Positions 52,130-62,809 of a stretch of 64,000 nucleotides of DNA are shown here, piece by piece. Positions within the stretch are counted from its first letter, which is position 1. Every line of letters begins with the position of its first letter. The notes beneath the pieces were generated by a model that was not told where the DNA came from, searched no databases, and saw only the letters and a list, made by a program, of their open reading frames with translations. Location: assembly GCA_015680685.1 (NCBI GenBank), contig MNCI01001024.1, forward strand, positions 149,577-213,576. Reading direction: 5' to 3'. Source of the DNA: Gnetum montanum. Taxonomy: Eukaryota > Plantae > Gnetophyta. The translations under genes and the position numbers were made by a program.

Positions 52130-53560
52130 AGGAAAAAACATTAATACTTGGTTCTCTGTTAGAGCCTCAACATGCCTAAAGCATTGCAAGAGTACTCAAT
52201 GAAAACATCAAGGCATTTGCATGGTCTTATGAAGACATGCCAAGCCTAGATCCTTGTGTAGTGCAACATAACATAATCCTTGATCCTAGTATAAAACCAA
52301 TGAAAAAAAAGGCTCACAAGGTTAGTACTAAGGTGGCATTGGTAGTCCACAATGAAATCACTAAGCTCTAAAAAGGTTGGTTTCATCTTAGCAGTTGACT
52401 ATGTAGACTGGGTCTCCAACATCATGGTTGTACCCAAGAAAAATGAAAGGATATGCATTTTCATAGACTTCTAGGACCTAAACAAGGTAATCATTAAAGA
52501 TAATTTTCTATTGTATAGTATTAATTAATGGATCAATACTACGGCTAGTCATGCCTTTTTTTCCTTCATGGATTGGTTCTCAAGGTAGAACCAAATTTGG
52601 ATCAAGCTAGAGAACCAACTCAACACTACCTGCATGACCCCTTGGGATACCTTTTGCTACACCATGATGCCCTTTGGGCTTAAGAACAGAAAATCAACCT
52701 ATCAATGAGCCATGATGTACATCTTTAGTGATTATTTTTTAGGTCTACTTAATAATTACATTGATGATATAGTGGTTAAATTCAAGTCATCACACAACCA
52801 TGTAGGTGACCTAGGCCTTGTGCTCAAATGTTGCCTCAAACACAAACCTAGGCTAAATCCTAAGAAATTTGTCTTTGGTGTTAAGATGAACCACATGCTA
52901 GGTTTTGTAGTATTTGAAGTAGGCATACGTGTAGATCTAGATAAGGTCAAGGCCATTGTCAACTTAGAACCACTAGCTAACCTTAAGAAGCTACAAGGGC
53001 TACAAGGTAGATTGCAATTCATACACCAATTTATAGCATGATTGACCAACAATTTGTAGTCTATGTAACACTTGCTCAAAAAAGGAGTCCACTTTGAGTG
53101 GACAACTCAATGCCAAAAGGCATTTGAAAACCTTAAATAGGAGCTGGCTCAACTTCCAATGATCTACTCTTTGGAAGGAGATTAACCATGTTACATCTAC
53201 CTTATTGCCTAAAATATATCCATTGTTTCTTTACTTTACCAAAAGTAAGATGATGGCATTGAGGTCCCGGTATACTACCTAAGACATGCATTAGTTTCCT
53301 ATGAAGTAAAGTATAATGATGTGAAAAAGAATTTTCTTGCCTTAGTCTTCGCACTCAAGAAGTGGAGGCATTATCTTTTCTGTAGCCAAGTCAACATCAT
53401 TTGCAAGAGTAATGTACTCTAAGTAATCACAATGAACATCTATGAGAGTAGTCGCATTACATGTTGGAAAGTAATAACTATGGAGTTTGACTTGCATTAC
53501 AGTACACAAGCATCAACTAAAAGTCAATAAATAGCTACACAACATACAACTTCCCCAATT
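52130..53560 (+). pseudogene. Tat RT and RNase H
   Basis: FAWSYEDMPSLDP, WVSNIMVVPKKNERICIFIDF*DLNK, SFMDWFSR*NQI, YTMMPFGLKN, YIDDIVVK, LNPKKFVFGV, VYYLRHAL...Y..VKKNFLALVFALKKWRHYL. Confidence 0.92.
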
Positions 53561-53634
53561 AACAATCAAGCAACAATAGATTCAAAATTTTTGGATGAGC
53601 ATGTCACTACATAAGTTAAGTGCTTGATAACTTT

Positions 53635-54015
53635 AAGGCACTATTACACTTCAATGATGCTTCAAACTCTCAAAGGGGTAGTGCCATTACAATAATCACA
53701 TTCCCCTCTAGGGAGATCCAACCCTTCACATATTGTTTTGCATTCCCATGCTCTAACAACATGGCTAAGTATGAGGGCCTCCTCTAAGGCATTTTAGTAG
53801 CTTGCGACCTAGGAATAAAAAACCTAGTAGTCCAAGATGACTTGTAACTATTTGTCAACCAATTTACATAGGTTTATTCTTGTAAATCCCAACACTTGAA
53901 ACCTTACTATGACTTGGCAAAGTACTCTCTCAAGTAATTTGCAACTATTGATGTTCAACATATCCCTCACAACGAAAAATTCATCGTCAATGCCTTAGTG
54001 ATGTTAGCCTTAAGC
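53635..54015 (+). pseudogene. Additional (archaeal-type) RNase H domain, aRH
   Basis: FAFPCSNNMAKYEGLL*GILVACDLGIKNLVVQDDL*LFVNQ...HIPHNEKFIVNALVMLA matches the aRH consensus F.CTNN.AEYEAL..GL..A..LGI..L.V.GDS.LVVNQ...HVPR..N..ADALA.LA. Confidence 0.88.
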
Positions 54016-54129
54016 ATTGCACTTGATATGTTTAATGCATTTTTCCACCTTCATGATGGATTGCACTATGACTATCACATAAACAACCAACATTGCATCC
54101 ATAGCCATAGTTAGCACAACCCATGCACT

Positions 54130-55375
54130 AGAGTGGTACAATGAAATTAAGATGTACATTATACAGGGTGAACCTCCACAACACCTAACCACTACCCAAA
54201 AGCATGTAGTGTGAAAGTGGTTGTGGTAGTAAGTCATCGTGGGTGAGAGCACCTTATGCCACAGATCCTACAATGGCATACTATTGACCTATGTTACCAA
54301 TAGCAAAGCATAGAAGATCATTGACCAAGTCCATGAGGGACTCTAGCAAGGCCACATAGCACCTAGGACAATGGTAGTGAAGATAAAATACTTAGGCTAC
54401 TATTGGCCTTATATGGAGCATGATTGTGTCTCTAAGGTCAAGACATGTGAGACATGTTAACGACATGGTAACTTAATGCACATGCCACCTACTGAGCTAT
54501 ACACAACATAGATCATGTGGTCATTCCAATGTTGGGGATTGGATATCATAGGGCCTATAACACCTACATCCTCCATAGGGCATAGTTTCATCATAACTGC
54601 CATCAAGTATTTTACAAAGTGGGTTGAGGACATTCCCCTTAGGAAGACTACATCACAACAAGTTTGCAAATTCATCCTCGACAACATAGTATACCATTTC
54701 AATTTACCCATAACCATAGTCACAGATAAGGAGCCATAGTTTAGTAGTGCTAAGACCAAAGCCTTTTGCAAGTGCTTCAGGATCAAACATTCATTCTTAT
54801 CATCTTACTACCTATAGGAAAATGGCCAAGTAGAGGCCACCAACAAATTCATCATTGAAGTTTTAATGAAGATGCTCAACTATAGCAAATGGTAATGGCA
54901 TGAGAAACTGACCTATAAACTCAAGGCCTACTATAGAACACAAAGAACTATAACACATAAGATGCCATATAGTTTAGCTTATGTATCTAAAGCCATCTTG
55001 CCTCTTGAACTTCAGGTTCCATCACTCCATGTAATTCTCTCAAGCTTCATCAATGAGGCTCAAAATGATGAGTTGAGAACCATGGATTTTAACTCTATAT
55101 AGGAAGAGTGCATGTTGACACTTTCTCACATTAGGTGGTACTAACAAATGCAATAGCAAAAGCATCATCTCAATCAACATCAATGCTTGATCAAGAAAGG
55201 GAACCTAGTCCTCAAGGCTATTTTTGAACCTATGGATAAATTCTTAGCCAACTTGGAAGGGCCTTTCTTGGTCACTAAGGCCTATGAAAATAGAGCATTC
55301 AATCTTGTTAACCATGATGGCAATGAATTTGCCAATTTGGTGAATCACTTGTATCTGAAGCCATACTACACCTAG
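54130..55375 (+). pseudogene. Tat integrase with GPY/F domain
   Basis: VHEGL..GH, GYYWPYMEHDC...VKTCETC, WSFQCWGLDIIGPI, KYFTKWVE, NGQVEATNK, DKFLANLEGPFLV, HLYLKPYY. Confidence 0.92.
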
Positions 55376-55409
55376 TATGTAGCACCTCATCAATGCAAAG
55401 CAAGGTAAG

Positions 55410-55650
55410 CCATAGTCCACTAAAACTATAAACTAGCATAGATAGTCCACTATGACTATGAATTGGCATAGATAGTCTTCTATGACTATAAACTAGCATA
55501 GATAGTCTGCTATGACTATAAACTAGCACAGATAGTCCATTATGACTATAAACTAGGATAGATAGTCTACTATGACTATAAAATGGCATAGATAGTCTTC
55601 TATGACTATAAACTAGTACAACTAGTCCATTATGACTATAAACTTGCACA
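55410..55650. repeat. 30-bp tandem repeat (8 units) in the Tat 3' region
   Basis: Unit GATAGTCYRYTATGACTATAAACTAGCATA. Each unit contains the inverted pair ATAGTC/GACTAT. Confidence 0.92.
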
Positions 55651-58600
55651 AACTATCCCTGGCCTATGACGCTAAACTTGGCACCCACAACATTCATCCA
55701 CCATGATGCTTAAACTAGCACAGCTTATCTTTGGGCCATGATGTTAAACTAACACAGTAGCACATTTGCTACAACATTAAAATAATTCCTAGTAGTTTTT
55801 TAGGAATATAAACTAGCACATCATGGTTTTATAGCAGCCTAAATTAGGTTTTTAGTTCAACACACATAGTTCTAAAGACAAGCAAGCGACAATACTTCTA
55901 ACTACACACCATCAAGCATTTTGTTGATCCTCCAAAAATGCCCTTGGGCATTTTCCTAACCTTTTGAAGCTCTTTCCATGATCATCAATGCTACCAGCCC
56001 TAGGCTACACCAACAACATTATCAGCCTTAGGTATTTCATTATTCCTTAAAGCTCCTATCGTTGGCACAACCTGTTGGAGTACTAGTAGTACTATGGCCT
56101 AGTCATTTTGCTACCATTCTCTAGCCCTCACCATTGTTTGGGCTTGGAAGTATTCATAGCATACTACCTATCCTTGGTATGGAGTCTTAAGCACCTACAT
56201 CACCATCACCCTTGGCCATTTTACTATCCTCTTAGGATGCTCAACAGTAGTATGGTTGCTAGAGCCTTTGTAGCCTTCTCGCTTTGGCACCTACACTGGT
56301 TCTCCAAGCTCTTGTAACTAGTCTAGCACTCGTAGCACTTGTAGCACCCTTGCATCTAGTAGTTTACTTAGATCTCATGTTATGTGATTGTCTTCTTTTT
56401 TTCTCTTCATTTTTTTTTGTAGGATGAAGCCCTATAGGTAGTCATGTAGAGATGCATCTCATTACAGTAGTAAGTTACCACATTGCTTCGATGTGCATCA
56501 TCAAACTAGCTAAGCTACTCAATAGTGCACACCCCTATTTACCCCACTATAGCCTACATGAATTTTCCCCTTTTACCTTGCATTTCCCTCCATTCCACTA
56601 CATCATCAAGCTTGCAACCCTTCCGATGTGCATGGCACTGTTTAAGTCTACCATATTACCCATAGTGGATGTAACTCAACTCACCCCATGAGGAGCCTCT
56701 ATCAGCTAATTAAATCCCAAGTAGATATAACACAACTCATCATGGAGAGAAAAAACCTATCCTATAGATGTGACATGATTTTACTAAAGCAAAGCTAATT
56801 AGGTGGCACATAGTCCACTTGACAAAAAACATACTGTAGCTAGCATCTCACAATGTGCAAAACCCAAAGTAGATTCACCTTGTAGGTAAAAAAAGGTAAA
56901 AGAATAGGGCAAAACATGTTCCTAATCATTTTGCAAAGTTGTAATTTCATAACTAGTCCAACCCTAAATCCACATCAACCTTCTCATAAGCACTTTGATA
57001 AGAGGTCATAGTTTTAGGGGCAAGCCATTTATGTTCTATGGGTGTTGACTTTCTCACAAGCATTTCAATGAGAGGTAATCATTTTGGCAATAAGCCATCC
57101 TTGGTGCCACATCTTGCAATTTCATACTATTTTCATTTCATTCCTTTATTATCCTTCATCACATTCCCTACATCCTATACCTCTAGCATATAATCATCCT
57201 TAGCACTCTTAATCATGGTGAAGCCACATTTGATCAGGCATTGATAACTGATGTTGGTGTTAGGTTTGCTATGGTGTTCTGCATTCTTTGTTGATGTCTT
57301 TTGGGTTACTCCTCTAGACATCAACAATGAGGGGCCAATGAAACACCACCAAATTTCAGCCCTAGAGTCTCAACTGCAAAGTGGAAGTCTTGACTACACT
57401 CCCACTACTAGGACTATGCTCCAGAGCATAGTCAATGTAGTTGACATAGACAACCTAGATTTGCAAAATTTTCTAAGTTTCAATAGTAGCTACAAATTTT
57501 TCTAAGTGTCTTGACTACACTCACCCTACCAAGACTATTCTCTAGAGTGTAGTTAGCCTTGGAAAGGCTAGTTTTGCAAATTTTCTTGAGCAGTAAGCTA
57601 GAGGCTACTTAGCATGGTTGGCATGGAAGAAATAGTTTGGCAAAAGTTCTAACTTTCAACACTACACTTCCTACTACACTCTAGAGCATAGTTAGTGTAG
57701 TCATCACTAAGAACATAAACTTTGTAGGATTTTTCTAAGTGTTTGTTCTATGCTCTTCTTGTCGAGACTATGCTTCAGATCATAGCTAGCATAATCTACA
57801 TTGAACCTTACTTTTTATTGAATTTTCCTAACTCCCTAGACTATGCTCTAGAGTGTAGTTAGCATAGCCATGTAGGATTGCCTTTAGAAGCCTTCAAAAC
57901 CCAACACCAACTAGCATCTCAAATCCAACATTCCCTTGGGAAGCAATATCAGCAATTTGCATTGCATTTGCATCCCCCATTTACCCCAAAATTGTACCTA
58001 TGCTCAACACCACTCAGAAGAGTGAGCAACATAGTCCCAAAGCGTAGTCTTAAAATTGCACCATTTTGAATTATTTTCAAATACTTTGTAGTTTGTTTGG
58101 AACTTCACATGTAGTCTTGGAAATGTAGTCATAGTATGGTAGTCTCACAAGGTCCATTGGAGCATACTAGTAGAACACCATTTGTTTAGGTGGGAGCATA
58201 GTCGGGGCTAGTGTAGTCCCAACTACCCCTCTACCATGTGGCACCTAATCCACAACTCATGCTAACCCTAGGCCTATAAATGCCCTAGTGCTTTGTGTTT
58301 TAAGGGTTGGAATTTTGGCATTCCTATTGGCATTTGAAGTAATGAATTGGCATTCTAGCATTTGGCAAATTCAGAGCGCACTTAGCATTTTCGAGTAGAC
58401 ATCATTAGACATCAACACAGTAGTGTTGTACACCTCCTAGCATACCATTCACCACCATAGCTTTCAAGACACCATGGTAACCAACATGGCAATTTCAAAC
58501 TCCATGATGGACATTAGTTCTTTGTATCTAGACACCATGAGACTATGACTATGCTTGCCTATTATGCCTGTTGTAAACCATGTACCTCTTAAACTTTCCT

Positions 58601-59000
58601 TTACAATTAACTACACTCCTCCCATTTTGGATGGATCTACATTCTCTCCTACTCATATTCTATGATTTTTTTACATTTTCTTCTACATTTTAACATTCTA
58701 CACACATCTTTCATTATTCTTCACACACATTCGCACATTTGCATCTTCGTTTTTGTGCTTAAAACTATCACTACGCTCACTCCCATGAGCACCATAGACA
58801 TCAAAAATATTGTGTAAAACCTCTTAACATTTCATTTTTTTGTAACACCCATAAGTCCCAGTTTGATCAATAAGACCATTCTAGGCACCCCACCTCCATT
58901 TTTCATCAAGCCCTCATGTGGAAACAAGATCAAGACAATGTGATTGTGGAGATCTCAATGTCTCATTGCATCCTCTGATGTTTTTAGTTGCTACATAAAC

Positions 59001-59395
59001 TACCTTCTACACTATCACAAACTAACTTTTTTGCTGCCACAAACTTCCTCCCATGCTACCATAAATCGCCTCCTATGCTACCACAAATTTGCTCCCATGC
59101 TATCATAAACTACCTTGTGCATTGCCACAAACTACTTCTTGTGCCATCATAAACTAATAAACTACCTCCTGCATTTCCAAAAATTGCCTCTCTAGATGTT
59201 GCTAGAAATCACATCTCCAAACACATAGAAGTTTCGTAGACCCGATCAAGGGGTTTTGTAGACCTTGAGATGGGTTGCACAAGCCCAAAGGAGGGCCACA
59301 AAGGCCTAAAGGAGGATCATGTAGGGCCCAAAAAGGGATTGTGTGAGCCCTTAAAAGCGTAATGTAGGTCCATGAAAGGGTTGCATAGCCCTAAA
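59001..59395. repeat. Two ~21-22-bp degenerate tandem arrays in copy D internal region
   Basis: AAACTACCTYCYATGCTACCAC-like units at 59001-59190 and GTAGRCCC...AAGGG-like units at 59235-59395. Confidence 0.6.
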
Positions 59396-59838
59396 ACTAC
59401 CTTATGTGCCACCACTTTGCACTCTCCCACCCATCGCTCTACTCTATGTGTTTGCAACCAACACTACTTTCACTGCCCTTGTTACTACTACTGGTGCAAC
59501 TACTCCTCCCCCATGGCTGCCCATCATCAAGAGTAGGTCTTCAATGCATGTTGCCATCTACTGTCCTAGCCACAAATCTACTCTTAATGTCACCCAACAA
59601 CCATCCAAGCCATTGTTGGTGCACCACTATGGCCATTGCTACCTTCAACATGAAATGGAAAAATTTTTGTTACCTAATAGGAAATTTTGAATTGCTCATT
59701 AATTGATGAAAAAATTGAAATTTTTGTCAATTAATGGAAAATTCAAAATTCCATCATCAAACAATGAATTTTACAAAAATACATGCAAAAATAGTTTCCA
59801 AAATTAGAATTTGGTGTGCTAGTAGCACCAGAGACAAA

Positions 59839-59915
59839 AATTCCACAATTAAGTGTGCTTAAGGTCAAGTAGAACTAGGATGGGTGATCTCTTGGGAAGT
59901 CTCATTTTTTGCACC
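59839..59915 (+). ncRNA. 5S rRNA-derived segment (approx. 5S nt 42-117: box A, IE, box C) in copy D
   Basis: AATTCCACAATTAAGTGTGCTTAAGGTCAAGTAGAACTAGGATGGGTGATCTCTTGGGAAGTCTCATTTTTTGCACC versus plant 5S AACTCCGCAGTTAAGCGTGCTTGGGCGAGAGTAGTACTAGGATGGGTGACCTCCTGGGAAGTCCTCGTGTTGCACC. Confidence 0.85.
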
Positions 59916-60549
59916 AAAGTTTTTTAGACTCCATAAGCTATAGCTTTTGGTTTTTGAAGCCTATTTCAGAAAATGAAGAGTCATTTCTTATAGTTTTCAA
60001 CCTTCCAAACACAATGGTGAAGTCAAATCTATCCTACGAAATCTTGAAAATTAGTTTTTACTGCTTGCCCAATATAGTGCCTCAAGATCCTCAAAAGTGT
60101 AATTTTCACATAACTCGAGCATATGATGTCCATTTTCAACATATGAATAGTCCTTTCTCAACATTTTTCACCATTCTAAACTCAATGGTAAGGTCATATT
60201 TATGATCTGGGCACCCAAAAATTCAATGGTATCATAAACATGACCTTTTAGGCTTTACGATTTAATGCATAACCTTTACAGATAGTCTTAAGATTACTAT
60301 GACATGTCATTAATTACACTACTAGAGTCAGTGTCCTTAAGTGGGGTAGAGAGTTCATTAACAATTAGATAATATATCATATGATGTCTTTAAATATTAC
60401 TATAATTAGCTAAGGTAATTATAAAATTAGATAATGTAGTTAAATTAGTTGGAGAATCAATTATTGTATTAGTATCAGTTGATTATTAGTTAATGAATCA
60501 GTTGATGTATTAGTTGGAGAATTAATTGAAGAAATAGAAAAATCTTCAA

Positions 60550-61795
60550 CCATCAAGAAAAGGGTATATTAATCCATCTTGCAATCAAAACACAGAGCAA
60601 AAATAACATGGAGACTCAAAATCTCATTTCAATAAGAAGTATGACACTCATGAAGAGAAATGATCCAGACATGAATCCAAGAGTAGGAATGAAAGTTACA
60701 ACATACAATGTGCTTGCAAGATCCCTAGTGAGTGAGAAACAACATCTACTATGTCCATCATGGGCCTTGGATTGACATGAATATTGATATCCATGCATCA
60801 TAGTAGAATTAGAAGATTTTCATGCTGATGTCTTGTGCATACAAGAATTTTTTCCATGGGAATTTATATAGCAAGTGTAAAAAAAAACTTGGAAAAAATG
60901 GGATACATAGGTATTTATAAGCAAAAATGTTCTTATCAGAGTTCTTCTTTTGAGCCATATAGATTAGCATATTGCAAAAATCACAACATGGATGGTTGTA
61001 TGATCTTTTATAAAGAAGCCAAATTTGAATTGGTATAAAGATTTGAATGGAGTTTAGAAAATATGATTTTTTAAATTCCAGAACTTCAAGAGATGGACAA
61101 GAAGGAACAGTTAAGATTTTGGAAAAATCACATAGCCCTAGCTGTGATTCTAAAAGTTCATCTATCATGAAAATGTGTATGCATGGTTAACTCACATTTG
61201 ATTATCAAACCAATATGTTTAGATGTTAGACTATGTCAAGGAGCACATTTGATTAAGAAAATAGAAAAAAGTTTGAAGAATAAGTTATCACTAAGTTATA
61301 CTGATCCAATTCCATTTATTCTTTGTGGAGAATTCAATGCAAAAGTTGGAAGTAGTGTCTATCAATTCTTAAAATATGGATCTGTTTCAAAAGATGACCC
61401 TAACTTGAAGAAGATGTTTTCATAAATTAAGCATGCAATTCCATTGAGCAGTGCATATTCTACTTATTTTGAATCTTCAGTAGATAAATTAGATTCTAGA
61501 ATTGAAGAACAGATGAAATTGATGAATAACACTCATCAAGAACCACAATTTACCAATTACTCTACTATGATTAATGAGGATGGATCAACAACATTATTCA
61601 TTGAGAATTTAGATTATATTTTGTATGATGTCCTATTTTTTCAAGCTACCAAGTTACTAGAGTTGATTTCTAAAAAAGGAAGTTGAGAAGAATTAAGATC
61701 AAGCCTTGCCATCTTGAACAAGAACATCTGATTACATATCACTAATGGTAGAATTACAATTGCTTCCATCAACTCATAAGGTTGATCTAGATCAA
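60550..61795 (+). pseudogene. CCR4/CNOT6-like EEP nuclease ORF (copy D, best preserved)
   Basis: KVTTYNVLARSL...LCPSWALD*...DFHADVLCIQE...LEKMGYIGIYKQK...MDGCMIFYKEAKFELV...KNHIALAVIL...CMVNSHL...DVRLCQ...IPFILCGEFNAKVGSSVY...IPLSSAYS...EPQFTNYS...FIENLDYILY...LLEL...ALPS...SDYISLMVEL. All CCR4 nuclease-domain motifs occur in order, with no introns. Confidence 0.9.
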
Positions 61796-62234
61796 AAAGT
61801 ATCTCACTCTTACTTTTATTTGATTAATCTTATTATTGTATTAATTCTTCAATTTATATTTCAATTAGATAAGTAAAATATATATGATAATAAAAATTAG
61901 GGTTAAAGAATCTACCCTACCTTCACTTGGGTAATTAGATCCAAGTTGCACTTTGTGTGACCTTGGTTAGGACTGATGATTGGTAGTTGATAAATATTTA
62001 ATTCACCTTTTTTCATTATCTTAGAAAATGAAGTAAGTATCAAGAAAGTAATATTTAATTTTTCATATATTTTTCTCATATATACTTAGTTTACAGAATA
62101 AGAAAAAAAAACTTCAAGTTCAATCAAGAAATCAAATTTTTGGAGCATAGAATCATGAAAGAAAGCATTGGAGATGGAAAAAGATAGAGAACATGGACTC
62201 ATTCAAGGATGAATGAAACCTAAGTATGGTAGAT

Positions 62235-62809
62235 TATCACATCCCTATTCTCAAATGATTCTACTACCTAATGAAGATGGTGTCTTTTCATAACAAGTGT
62301 TATTATTATCTTAACAAGACCCAAAAGGGTAGTTGTAATTGAGACTTGAAAGGACATGTTGTAACAACAAATGTGCCTCTTAAGGTAACCTTTGGAGGTT
62401 TGACATAAGGCATTTATACCCAGGGTTAGAGGTCATGCAAGCACAAAGTGGTGGAGCTAATAGAGCCAAGTCACAGGAAGCTAGGTGAAGTAGGATAGGA
62501 AGTGCACTGACCATTCCTTCTAGCTAGGTTATAGGCCTAACCATGGTGGCAGTGCTGGATTGCCTCTAAGAAATAGAAGAAAAAGGAAGAAAACCCCATG
62601 GAACACTCTCAAAGCATGATCCAAATACACTATTCCATATCAATAAAGCATCCTTTTCCTTCTATTTCTACATTTTTCCCATTATTTCCTTTATACATAA
62701 TGTCAAATATCACATATATTTCACATTTGGTATATTTTATTTATACACATAATGTCTAATATATCATATATTTGACATTTTCCATGACATCCAAGGACGG
62801 GATGTCACA
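62235..62809 (+). mobile_element. 3' LTR (575 bp) of copy D
   Basis: TATCACATCCC...GGGATGTCACA followed by the TSD CTAGC. Confidence 0.92.

Larger units (their letters stand above)
39700..58995 (+). mobile_element. Complete Ty3/gypsy Tat-clade (Ogre/Retand-type) LTR retrotransposon, 19.3 kb
   Basis: LTRs at 39700-41383 and 57339-58995 with a perfect TSD TAAAC (39695-39699 and 58996-59000). PBS TAGTGCTAGAAGGAGGG is close to the complement of the tRNA-Asn 3' end. PPT AATGAGGGGCCAA. Domain order is gag-PR-[insert]-RT-RH-aRH-INT. Confidence 0.93.
38060..62809 (+). mobile_element. CCR4-carrying non-autonomous LTR element, copy D, with a nested 19.3-kb Tat element
   Basis: Perfect TSD CTAGC (38055-38059 and 62810-62814). 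The 5' LTR at 38060-38179 is internally deleted. PBS TGGTATCAAAGC at 38182-38193 (iMet). 3' LTR at 62235-62809. Confidence 0.92.

Noticed and set aside
55308-55649. 113-aa repetitive ORF (VYSH repeats)
   Set aside because: It is just the antisense translation of the 30-bp tandem repeat.
55410-55650. 30-bp regularly spaced palindromic repeats resembling a CRISPR array
   Set aside because: The units are head-to-tail with no unique spacers, there are no cas genes, and the context is a plant retrotransposon 3' region.
55900-56900. Possible further spliced extra ORF in the Tat 3' region (acceptor-like TTTTGTAG at ~56420)
   Set aside because: No recognisable motif or consistent reading frame could be supported.
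59839-59915. Functional 5S rRNA gene
   Set aside because: It lacks the first ~40 nt of 5S, is diverged, and is not in an rDNA array.
60550-61795. EEP domain interpreted as the endonuclease of a LINE
   Set aside because: The motifs (CPSWAL, DGC.IF, EPxFTN, SAYS) are CCR4-specific, the ORF ends after the SDH-like motif with no RT, and it lies between PBS and PPT of an LTR element.
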